In this document: piece after piece, positions 19,551 to 27,876 of the stretch
Position numbering within the stretch: position 1 is the first letter of the stretch
How the letters are laid out: every line of letters begins with the position of its first letter
Position numbers and translations under genes: made by a program
The notes under the pieces: model-generated
Told to the model about the DNA's origin: nothing
What the model saw: the letters and a program-made list of their open reading frames with translations, nothing else
Database searches by the model: none
Assembly (NCBI GenBank): GCA_965230975.1
Contig: OZ246402.1
Coordinates: 992,859-1,056,858 of the forward strand
Origin: an uncultured Candidatus Saccharibacteria bacterium
Lineage (GTDB): Bacteria; Patescibacteriota; Dojkabacteria; J137
DNA: 64,000 nucleotides
Direction: 5' to 3'

Positions 19551-20713
19551 CTCAAAGCATTAACAAAAAAAGTAAAACTTGCAACACGGCCGTCTGTTAA
19601 TTCTGCACGACCTTGAAAAACATAAATAGGGTAAACATAACCACTCCATTCTTTTGGCTCATAATAACCTAAAACAGTTCTAGCTCTATCTGCAGTAAAC
19701 CTTCTAACAGTTACATTACTAGGAAACTCTGCAAAATAATTATAATTTTGGGGTAAAATCGAAACTAAAGAACCTGACCCAGACTGAACCCTGTTCCATG
19801 CCTCATCTGGAGTAATAATAGAATAAACACCTTTTTTAGAACTATATTCGTAATTTATAAAATTTAAAGAGTATAGGTCTGTAGCATAATTACTAGCATT
19901 TTCAGAAACCAAAACTTTTAACTGACCAACCCTTGGGTCACTACCATAAGCTTGAACATCTATATTTTTTGATGCCTTACACAAAGCAGTATCAGGCAAA
20001 TCAGTTTTAGATTTAAGATCTGCTGCCCTTAAACTTCTATAAGCATTACCAAAAACATAATCTGATTCTTCTGGGGTCGTTTTTTCTGTAAAAATACCAT
20101 CAACAAGCTTTGCAAATCTAGTATCTATAATTGCGTTCTCCATTCCATAATTATTAAAAGCCGCAGTAGAAATAATTCTTTGAACCTGTCTGATATAATA
20201 ATTTAAATCTCTAGATAAAGTCTTTCTTCTTAAAGCATCTAAATTATCTTCCATCTTTGTAGATATATCCCAACTTTGTAGTGTTTTATTAAACTTTAAA
20301 GTTTTAGTGTTATTACTTGCGCTCCATTGATAATTCCCTTCACCAAGTTCTTCAAACTGAGCAGAAGTAAACCCAAAAGAATCTATAACCTTTTGTGCAT
20401 TCTCAAAAACAAGAAGTTTTTCTCTTGGTTTTTCTATCGAATGAACATATGCTACATCTGGAAACAAAGTATAAACACCCTCTAGTAAATAAGAGGCTCC
20501 TTGAGTAGTTACAGATATTGAAGGAATTTTTGGTGCGACTATTGTTCCAAAAATATTATCTGCAGGTAAATAGCATCTGTTAGTATTTGTATTAGTAGGA
20601 GTTGTTTTAGGCACTCTTTGAATTAAATCTAAACCCAAAAATACAACCCCAACGGCTAAAAACCCAATAATAATCTTTCTTGTTGTAGATGCCGTTGTGT
20701 ATAAAGTAGCCAT
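19547..20713 (-). CDS. membrane-anchored (N-terminal TM) extracytoplasmic protein, unknown function
   Basis: 388 aa with a single N-terminal TM helix (IIIGFLAVGVVFLGL) and a soluble domain. Translationally coupled to the next gene. Confidence 0.35.
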   Translation of the reverse strand: MATLYTTASTTRKIIIGFLAVGVVFLGLDLIQRVPKTTPTNTNTNRCYLPADNIFGTIVAPKIPSISVTTQGASYLLEGVYTLFPDVAYVHSIEKPREKLLVFENAQKVIDSFGFTSAQFEELGEGNYQWSASNNTKTLKFNKTLQSWDISTKMEDNLDALRRKTLSRDLNYYIRQVQRIISTAAFNNYGMENAIIDTRFAKLVDGIFTEKTTPEESDYVFGNAYRSLRAADLKSKTDLPDTALCKASKNIDVQAYGSDPRVGQLKVLVSENASNYATDLYSLNFINYEYSSKKGVYSIITPDEAWNRVQSGSGSLVSILPQNYNYFAEFPSNVTVRRFTADRARTVLGYYEPKEWSGYVYPIYVFQGRAELTDGRVASFTFFVNALR

Positions 20714-20887
20714 ATTGATTTGATTTAATACTCAAATTTTATTATATAGATTATGAATGAATAGATAAATAGCAATAACTAACAAATATAAAATTATTAC
20801 ATTTAATTTGAAAAGTGTAATAAAGTAAAATGGCTAGATAATTGGTTTTGAAAGTGATTTAATGTAGAATATCGTATAATTAAAAAT

Positions 20888-22381
20888 ATGGCAGATCCTA
20901 ACACGCAAAATTACAATACAACCTATAACTTTCAACCATTACAGGTAGAACCTGTAACTAGCCAACCAGTAGACAGTGTTGCATCTAGCACTACTACAAC
21001 TACCACCAAAACTACAAAAATTTCTAAAGAACAAATAAAAAGGTTTGGACCGATAGTTTTGATAGTTATTGGTTTGATTTTATTAGTAATTTTAATTTTA
21101 TTGCTTTTTAAACCTTCAACTACACCATCTACAACAACAGATCCAAACAAAGCTGTGGTTTTACAATGGTGGGGAGCATTTATTGACCCAGAGGTTATTC
21201 AACCTTTAATAGATAAATATAAAACAATAGCTCCTAATGTAACAATAGAGTATGCAAATAAGTGGCCAGATCTATCCAGCTCTGAATCAGAAACAAAATA
21301 CAAAACTGAAATAAATAGAGTACTTAAACTAAACGATAGTGTTCAATTGCCAGATATATTTATGGTAAATAATAGATGGGTTGGAGATTATGAAAAATAT
21401 TTATCTCCTGCATCTAATACAGTTGTAACATTTTCAGATTTTCAAAATACATATTACCCAGCAGTTGTAACAGACTTTGCACCTGGTAGCAAAATATATG
21501 GTTTACCTTTATGGATGGATACATTGGCAATTGTATACAACAAAGAAATGCTAGCATCTGAATCTATAAGCACCCCCCCAACAGACTGGTCACAATTTAG
21601 AACATTGGCACAAAGACTAACAAAAAAGAGTGGTACCACTATTTCGCAAGCAGGTTTTGCAGGTGGCACATCTGAAAACGTAACCTTTGCATTTGAGTTA
21701 TCAAATATCTTAATGATGCAAAATGGCGTTACAATGACCGATTCAACTGGTAAACCAGTATTTGCAAGCGATGAAGATAGCTTATCTAGCTTAAACTTTT
21801 TAAAAGATTTTGAAAGAAATGCTAGTGCTACATGGAATTCTAATTTAAAAAATGATTCTGCAACATTTTTAGATGAAGACTTGGCTATGATGGCAACTAC
21901 AACTTATAGACTTAGAGACATTCTAAAATACAACGAAGGTTATTCCATTGGATTAAATATTGGCATTTCCGGACTACCCCAACTAGCTGGGCAAGGAGAG
22001 CCTATAATTAATTTTGGCGACTATTGGGGCAATGTAGTAACACTAAACAGGCCAAATAAAGATTATGCCTGGGCATTTGTTAAATGGTTAAACGAACCCG
22101 AACAATTAAAATCAATAAGTTCAAATGTAAAGAATAAAGAAGGTTACTTTGGTTTGCTGTACCCAAGAAAAGATATGTCAGAAGAAAATAAAGCAGATGA
22201 ATATTTAAAGGTATTTAATGAATCATTACCCTATATTAAAAGCTGGTACATGGTAAATGGTACAAAAGTTCAACAATCATTTACTGAAAGGCTTGGCAGC
22301 AATACAATTAATTCATCCGCAATTTCTTCCTTTGAAAAGGATATTATTGATATAATCGCTGCAAAAGGCAAACTAGAGTAA
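20888..22381 (+). CDS. extracellular solute-binding protein (SBP family 1, sugar-type) with N-terminal TM anchor
   Basis: VVLQWWGAF...IFMVNNRWVGDY...YGLPLWMDTLAIVYNKEML...PPTDWSQF: the MalE-like SBP_bac_1 pattern. The N-terminal hydrophobic anchor follows a Thr-rich segment. No permease or ATPase lies adjacent. Confidence 0.7.
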   Translation: MADPNTQNYNTTYNFQPLQVEPVTSQPVDSVASSTTTTTTKTTKISKEQIKRFGPIVLIVIGLILLVILILLLFKPSTTPSTTTDPNKAVVLQWWGAFIDPEVIQPLIDKYKTIAPNVTIEYANKWPDLSSSESETKYKTEINRVLKLNDSVQLPDIFMVNNRWVGDYEKYLSPASNTVVTFSDFQNTYYPAVVTDFAPGSKIYGLPLWMDTLAIVYNKEMLASESISTPPTDWSQFRTLAQRLTKKSGTTISQAGFAGGTSENVTFAFELSNILMMQNGVTMTDSTGKPVFASDEDSLSSLNFLKDFERNASATWNSNLKNDSATFLDEDLAMMATTTYRLRDILKYNEGYSIGLNIGISGLPQLAGQGEPIINFGDYWGNVVTLNRPNKDYAWAFVKWLNEPEQLKSISSNVKNKEGYFGLLYPRKDMSEENKADEYLKVFNESLPYIKSWYMVNGTKVQQSFTERLGSNTINSSAISSFEKDIIDIIAAKGKLE

Positions 22382-22409
22382 CTTTATATAATCACTCTTT
22401 ATCAAAAAA

Positions 22410-25232
22410 ATGTATAAAAAACGAACTTTAATAATAGCATTAGTCATAAGTCTATTTTTACCACTTATTACAACTACATTAAAAGCAGATGTAATTGCAG
22501 ATCCAAATGACCTTTTTTATGTCTCAACACCTACACCTAATCAAAGAGTTAAAGGAACTGTTCCAATTTCTTGGAGAATGTTCGATAACCAGCAACGGGT
22601 AATACAATATAGTATAAAGCTTTATGATAGAGCTACTTGTAAAAATAATTATTATGGTGACATTGCAACAAGTCAAAGTGGTGCATCTAATGCAAATACA
22701 AATAGCCAAATAAATTGGAACACAAAAGTTACCAGTACAACTTCAAATTTAGCAGATGGATTTTACTGTTTGCAAGTTTGCGCAGCTTATTTAAATGGAT
22801 CAACACCATATTCTGCATGTAATAGCAGAGAAGTAATTGTAACTAACGACAACGTTGCACCAGTAATTACAACTCAGCCACCAGCAGACAACATATTATT
22901 AGAAACTGATTCATGGCAATATCAAGTAGGAGCTACAGATATAAATGGGCATGCATTAACTTATAGATTGGTTTACACAACTCCATTTTTAACAATAAAC
23001 CCTCAAACCGGTTTAATTCAAACAACAAATGCATCTAAAACCTTGCCAAATGGCATTTACAGAGCAGAGTACAAGTTAGCTGTAGAGGTTAAAGATATTT
23101 ATGGAGATATTGCAATTCAACAATTTACATTAATTATTGAAAAACCATTACCAGTTACACCAACCCAACCTACCACACCTACACAACCAACAACACCTAC
23201 TACACCAACAGAACCAACGACTCCAACCGAACCTACAACGCCTACAGAGCCAACAACACCTACTACGCCGGTAAATACAAACGAACCTTCCACCATTGAA
23301 ATTACATCTCCTGAAAGAGACACCGAGTTTAAAGGAGGTAATAATTCAATTTCATGGACATCTAATGATGCAGAGGGAATTAAAAAAATAATTATAGAGT
23401 ACTCTAAAGATGGTGCGACATGGAGAACTATAAAAGAGATTACTGATTCTAAAGATTTTGAAGAAGGTGAGTATTTGTGGGACGTTTCTGGAATAGCAGA
23501 TGAAAGCTATTACATAAAGGTTACCGTAATTGACAACAAAGATGTGTCTACATCTAAAGTGTCCGAACTATTTGTAATTAAAAATGATGAAACACCAATA
23601 CAAGACAGTAATCCATTAATTGTAAATATTAGACCCGACAATAATTCTCAGGTAATCACAATTAGACCCGTAATTTATGGAGAGTTTGTGCCTTCTCAAG
23701 GTGCCAAAATAAATACTGAATCTATTCAAATTAAATTAGATGATAAAGATATTTTAGAATTGTGTACTATTACAGAAGAAAAATTCTCATGTGCATTAAC
23801 CCAAGATTTAGAATTAGGATTACACAAAATTAGTGTATCTGCCAAAGATACAAATTTAAAAGAGGTTTCTCAAGAATGGACATTTGAAGTAACAAATACA
23901 TCTACCAATCCAGTTTCTGGTGCGCAAGATATTATAATAATTCTAGGAAGGGAAATACCAAGAAACACATTAATATTGCTTGTGGTTATGTGTTTAGTGT
24001 GTCTAGTATTACTATTAATCCCTTGGGTTTTATATATTGTATGGTCAAAAAGAAGAGAAGAGGAATCTGAAGAAACCACAACTACTACTAAAAGCGTAGA
24101 TGATATTCCGTTAGGTAATTTAGATTATTCTAAAGATGTACAATCCAAACCAACAGAAAGCACATTCTCACAACCAACAATTGAAAATAACTACTACAAT
24201 GTTCCAGATACTTTAAAGTCAGAAGCAAATCTAGCAGATACAACTACCGATCCGTATTCTCAAAATATACAAATACCCGAGCAAACTCAAAAACCAGAAT
24301 TAAACATTGCAAGTTTTGAAGACTTTATTAAGCAGTATCCTGAGTTAGCAAGTGCAAGCTCATCCGAGCCTAGTGTATCTGAAGTAGAAAAGATTGAAGT
24401 GGATAATGAGTTTAGTAGTAAACCTGAAGAAACTACAGATTCAACAGCTGAAACGTTAACTGACACTAGTAACGCTACTCAAGCAAACACCAATGATGGT
24501 TTACTGCAAGAAGAACAGAGTAGTGGGTTAGAAGAGATCACACCAACCGAAACTGCGCAAAGCTCTACAGATACTTCAACAATAGAATCAACTGAAGATA
24601 AAGATTCAAGTATAGAGCCTGAAAACAATCCGGAAGTGGACATACCAGCAAATGTTCCAGTTGAAACTAAGTCTGAAACTGAACTAGAACAATCAAATGC
24701 TCAAAGTGAAAATGAATCAAACCAAACAGACAGTTTGACTTACACCGAACCGGAGGCACTAGATACTAGTATGTTTGCAGAGCCAGTACCTACAGATATT
24801 ACTACTGAACCAACAACACAAGAAAGTACTATAGGCGAAATTCCACCGACAAACTCAGTTGTTGAAAATCAAGTATCTATTGAGTCAGATCAAAGCCAAA
24901 ACCCCTACAATGTGGTGTCTCAAATTAAGCAAGGTGCAACTGATAATCAATTAAGCGAAAACTTTTTAAACTCTTTAAATAAGAATTCAGAAAACCAAGT
25001 ATTATCTGATACACAAACGGAAAACCGCGGTTCAACAATCAATGAATTAGTTCCTAACGATACTCAGGCTAACAATCAAGTTCAAGACAACTCTAACGCA
25101 AGTATATTTGGAACAGATACAAATGTAGCAGAATCAAGTAATAACCCTTCTGCACCTATTCTACCTCCAAATTTTAAACCAATAAACCCAAATGGATCAG
25201 ACGATACAACTACTGATTCTACAAATAATTAA
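22410..25232 (+). CDS. large surface protein: signal peptide, Ig-like and cadherin-like domains, Pro/Thr-rich linker, single TM, ~400-aa acidic Ser/Thr/Glu-rich C-terminal tail
   Basis: Cadherin-like/He_PIG-type segment (DSWQYQVGATDINGHALTYRLVYTTPFLTINPQTGLI). PTEPTTPTEP repeats. A TM helix (LILLVVMCLVCLVLLLIPWVLYIVW) is followed by KRREEESEE and a long low-complexity tail. Confidence 0.6.
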   Translation: MYKKRTLIIALVISLFLPLITTTLKADVIADPNDLFYVSTPTPNQRVKGTVPISWRMFDNQQRVIQYSIKLYDRATCKNNYYGDIATSQSGASNANTNSQINWNTKVTSTTSNLADGFYCLQVCAAYLNGSTPYSACNSREVIVTNDNVAPVITTQPPADNILLETDSWQYQVGATDINGHALTYRLVYTTPFLTINPQTGLIQTTNASKTLPNGIYRAEYKLAVEVKDIYGDIAIQQFTLIIEKPLPVTPTQPTTPTQPTTPTTPTEPTTPTEPTTPTEPTTPTTPVNTNEPSTIEITSPERDTEFKGGNNSISWTSNDAEGIKKIIIEYSKDGATWRTIKEITDSKDFEEGEYLWDVSGIADESYYIKVTVIDNKDVSTSKVSELFVIKNDETPIQDSNPLIVNIRPDNNSQVITIRPVIYGEFVPSQGAKINTESIQIKLDDKDILELCTITEEKFSCALTQDLELGLHKISVSAKDTNLKEVSQEWTFEVTNTSTNPVSGAQDIIIILGREIPRNTLILLVVMCLVCLVLLLIPWVLYIVWSKRREEESEETTTTTKSVDDIPLGNLDYSKDVQSKPTESTFSQPTIENNYYNVPDTLKSEANLADTTTDPYSQNIQIPEQTQKPELNIASFEDFIKQYPELASASSSEPSVSEVEKIEVDNEFSSKPEETTDSTAETLTDTSNATQANTNDGLLQEEQSSGLEEITPTETAQSSTDTSTIESTEDKDSSIEPENNPEVDIPANVPVETKSETELEQSNAQSENESNQTDSLTYTEPEALDTSMFAEPVPTDITTEPTTQESTIGEIPPTNSVVENQVSIESDQSQNPYNVVSQIKQGATDNQLSENFLNSLNKNSENQVLSDTQTENRGSTINELVPNDTQANNQVQDNSNASIFGTDTNVAESSNNPSAPILPPNFKPINPNGSDDTTTDSTNN
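23150..23270 (+). repeat. imperfect tandem 15-nt repeats encoding a (PTEPT/PTTPT)n linker
   Basis: Tandem repeats of the form ccaacagaaccaacgactccaaccgaacctacaacgcctacagagccaacaacacctact. Confidence 0.6.
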
Positions 25233-25255
25233 GGTTTTGATTTTTTGGGAAAGGT

Positions 25256-25894
25256 TTAGTTAACTTCTGTTTCGCAAGGGTTGCCGTAAGATCCGCATGA
25301 TTCACTGTTATAAACTCTATCTGCAGATTCTGAATCTTTTAGTTGTTTACATGCCTCGTTAACAGAGCCATCTGGGCAGTTTGCAGAAAAATCAAATGTG
25401 GTTTGAACATTTCTCATTGCAACCATGAACATCATTGCTACACAGATTAATAGAACTAGGGTAGTAGCTATAGGTAATATTACAGGTAATGCAGCTGTTA
25501 TTGCCTCTTTTTGTATAAAAGATTTTGCTATATCTTTCATTTTGTTCACTAATACCTTGCTAGAGGAATCATAATCAGGCTGTGCTTGCTCTCCATTTTT
25601 TCGCATAAAGTCATCTAGCTTTGCTTTTAATCTTTGTTTTGAAAATTCTGCTGAGTTTATTTGTTGCCTGATTTGTTGAGCCTGCGAATGGAATGCCATT
25701 TTTTGAAGTTCAAATTGAGATCCGTCAATTTTCCCTTTTTCTAGCTGTATTTCAAGTTGAGCAAGTGTAGATTCAACCTGCATTAATTGGGAATTTAGTT
25801 GTTCTAAAAGTCTTTTTTGGTTGGTATATTGTCTTAGGGTTAATTCAAATCTTCCTTTATTTAATGCACTCCCAACAGATTTTAAAGCATCCAT
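25256..25894 (-). CDS. coiled-coil protein with C-terminal TM helix and short Cys-rich extracytoplasmic tail
   Basis: 212 aa with heptad-like Q/L/E-rich N-terminal region, a TM helix (LPVILPIATTLVLLICVAMMFMVAM), then ...CPDGSVNEACKQL...CGSYGNPCE. Confidence 0.35.
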   Translation of the reverse strand: MDALKSVGSALNKGRFELTLRQYTNQKRLLEQLNSQLMQVESTLAQLEIQLEKGKIDGSQFELQKMAFHSQAQQIRQQINSAEFSKQRLKAKLDDFMRKNGEQAQPDYDSSSKVLVNKMKDIAKSFIQKEAITAALPVILPIATTLVLLICVAMMFMVAMRNVQTTFDFSANCPDGSVNEACKQLKDSESADRVYNSESCGSYGNPCETEVN

Positions 25895-26006
25895 ATGTAT
25901 TTGTATTAATTTTACATATAGTATATATGAATAGCTAAATAGATGCTAGAATGAAGAATATTTAGAGGATAATTGGTATAATTATTAGGTAATTTAAACT
26001 TAAAAT

Positions 26007-26735
26007 ATGGCAGACAGCTTTTGGAATAGAGGATTACATAGGTATATTGAGAATCGATTACCTAAAAATCGATTTAGTCTCATTAATCAGGTGACTCCTC
26101 GTGCAGAATTACCACCCATCACTGACTTTGACCCCGCTACCTATAGTGAGGAAAAATTAAGATCTCATAATCCAGTTACCTCCCTAAATTTCAGACCTGC
26201 AGTTGGGAACGAGCTTATTGCAGGATCTGCTGAAAACATTAAATATGAAAAGGATAAGGCAGATTTCATTATTAAGCTACAGACCTGGCAAAAATCTAGA
26301 GAGCTACGACGTAACGAAACTAGGGATATTATGAATGCTGGAGACATGGCAAGACTATTAGTCACAATACCTGGTATAGTCGCTGCCTTTGGAACAGGTA
26401 ATGCACCTTTAGGAATTGCTCTTACAGCATCCTTAGCTCCCGAGATTCAACGAGTAGAGAATTTTAGACGAGCAAGAGCCAAAGAATCTGCTGAGTCGAA
26501 GAAAAATTTTCCATTACCGGCAGGAGCAGATTTGGTTGCAACAATATATAATTTAACAAAATCAATACATGGCACAATAGTCTCTACAGCTGCGAATTTA
26601 GATAAATACGCAAAGTCTGGATTTTTTGGAGGGCTAAATAATGTTTTAAATGGGATTAATTCTGGAATAAATAAAATAGATGAGGCTCTATACGGCCCAA
26701 AGAATTTTAGACCTGAATCTGCACCTGCTAAATAA
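26007..26735 (+). CDS. hypothetical protein
   Basis: 242-aa ORF. It is followed 2 nt later by the next ORF. Confidence 0.3.
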   Translation: MADSFWNRGLHRYIENRLPKNRFSLINQVTPRAELPPITDFDPATYSEEKLRSHNPVTSLNFRPAVGNELIAGSAENIKYEKDKADFIIKLQTWQKSRELRRNETRDIMNAGDMARLLVTIPGIVAAFGTGNAPLGIALTASLAPEIQRVENFRRARAKESAESKKNFPLPAGADLVATIYNLTKSIHGTIVSTAANLDKYAKSGFFGGLNNVLNGINSGINKIDEALYGPKNFRPESAPAK

Positions 26736-26737
26736 AT

Positions 26738-27838
26738 ATGGAAGATATAATTTATACACTTATACTAGATAAAAAAAGACTACTAAACTATACAAAGTAT
26801 GGTACCCATAGTTTACTAGCTAATTCTTTTGTCAAAATTTTCATAGATGATTCACCCTTAATAAACCTTGAAAAAAAATATATTGATCTAATTTCATTTT
26901 ATGATATTTATGGATTAACGGGCTCAGAATTTATTGATATTAAATCACTAAAAGACTTATACGAAAAAGTCCAATATAAAAAAGAAAATATTTTACCCAT
27001 AACCCAGAAATTGTATAAACTAATATCTGGCCAGCACACTGACTTAATTAAGATTTTGATAGACTTTAGGGAGGAAATACTTGCTGATCAAGAAATTAAA
27101 GCAAATGATGTGATATGGATAAAAAACCTTTGCAATCAACTAACTGAATTAGCTTATTTTGGTGTAGACTCCTCGTTACTTTTAAAGGCATTTAACAATT
27201 ACGACAATTTTATATTAGAGATAATAACTTCAGACCTAATCTTAAAAGATTATCAGAATTTGAGAATTTTAACTTTAGCCTACAGCATTGAACCAGACCT
27301 TACTAATAGCTTAGTAGACTCCTACTGGAATAAATTTTCATATTTCCCAACACAACAAACTGAGCAAGATATTCAAGCGGAGTGGGAAACTAAAATGATG
27401 GAAGTAATCGAAGGCAAAGCAAGAAAGAATACTACAAAGTTTTACGATACGATATCACTAATTACGCAATCTTTACTTGAAATTGAAGACATTGAGAATA
27501 TAGATTTAGGTGGATTGATTACTAAAATTGGTACAGAAATGCAAAAAAGTAATATAAAAGAGGTTAATAATGAGCTAACTGAAATAAGCAACCAGATCGC
27601 CCAATTCCTTAATAAGATTATTCAAACTCAGAAATTAGAGTACATGACAATGATTAAACAATTAGAAAAGCTTGAACCTAAACCTTTAGAATTTCAAGTT
27701 TTTAATCAATACTTACAAATATTAGAAATGTTTAATGGAATTGGAATCTATTACTATTTTAAAGCAGATGGGAAAATAATAATTGAAATTAATACCCATG
27801 TATTAGAGAAATATTTAAAACATTATCGAACTTCCTAA
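26738..27838 (+). CDS. hypothetical protein
   Basis: 366-aa ORF, probably co-transcribed with the upstream gene. Confidence 0.3.
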   Translation: MEDIIYTLILDKKRLLNYTKYGTHSLLANSFVKIFIDDSPLINLEKKYIDLISFYDIYGLTGSEFIDIKSLKDLYEKVQYKKENILPITQKLYKLISGQHTDLIKILIDFREEILADQEIKANDVIWIKNLCNQLTELAYFGVDSSLLLKAFNNYDNFILEIITSDLILKDYQNLRILTLAYSIEPDLTNSLVDSYWNKFSYFPTQQTEQDIQAEWETKMMEVIEGKARKNTTKFYDTISLITQSLLEIEDIENIDLGGLITKIGTEMQKSNIKEVNNELTEISNQIAQFLNKIIQTQKLEYMTMIKQLEKLEPKPLEFQVFNQYLQILEMFNGIGIYYYFKADGKIIIEINTHVLEKYLKHYRTS

Positions 27839-27876
27839 TCTTTATTGAGAATTACAATCTAAACTTAACCTTCTGC

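Noticed and set aside
25256-25894. The coiled-coil tail-anchored protein as a VirB8/VirB10 or SNARE-like homolog.
   Set aside because: It has only generic coiled-coil plus TM features with no family-specific motif. It is mentioned only as context in the T4SS-like hypothesis.
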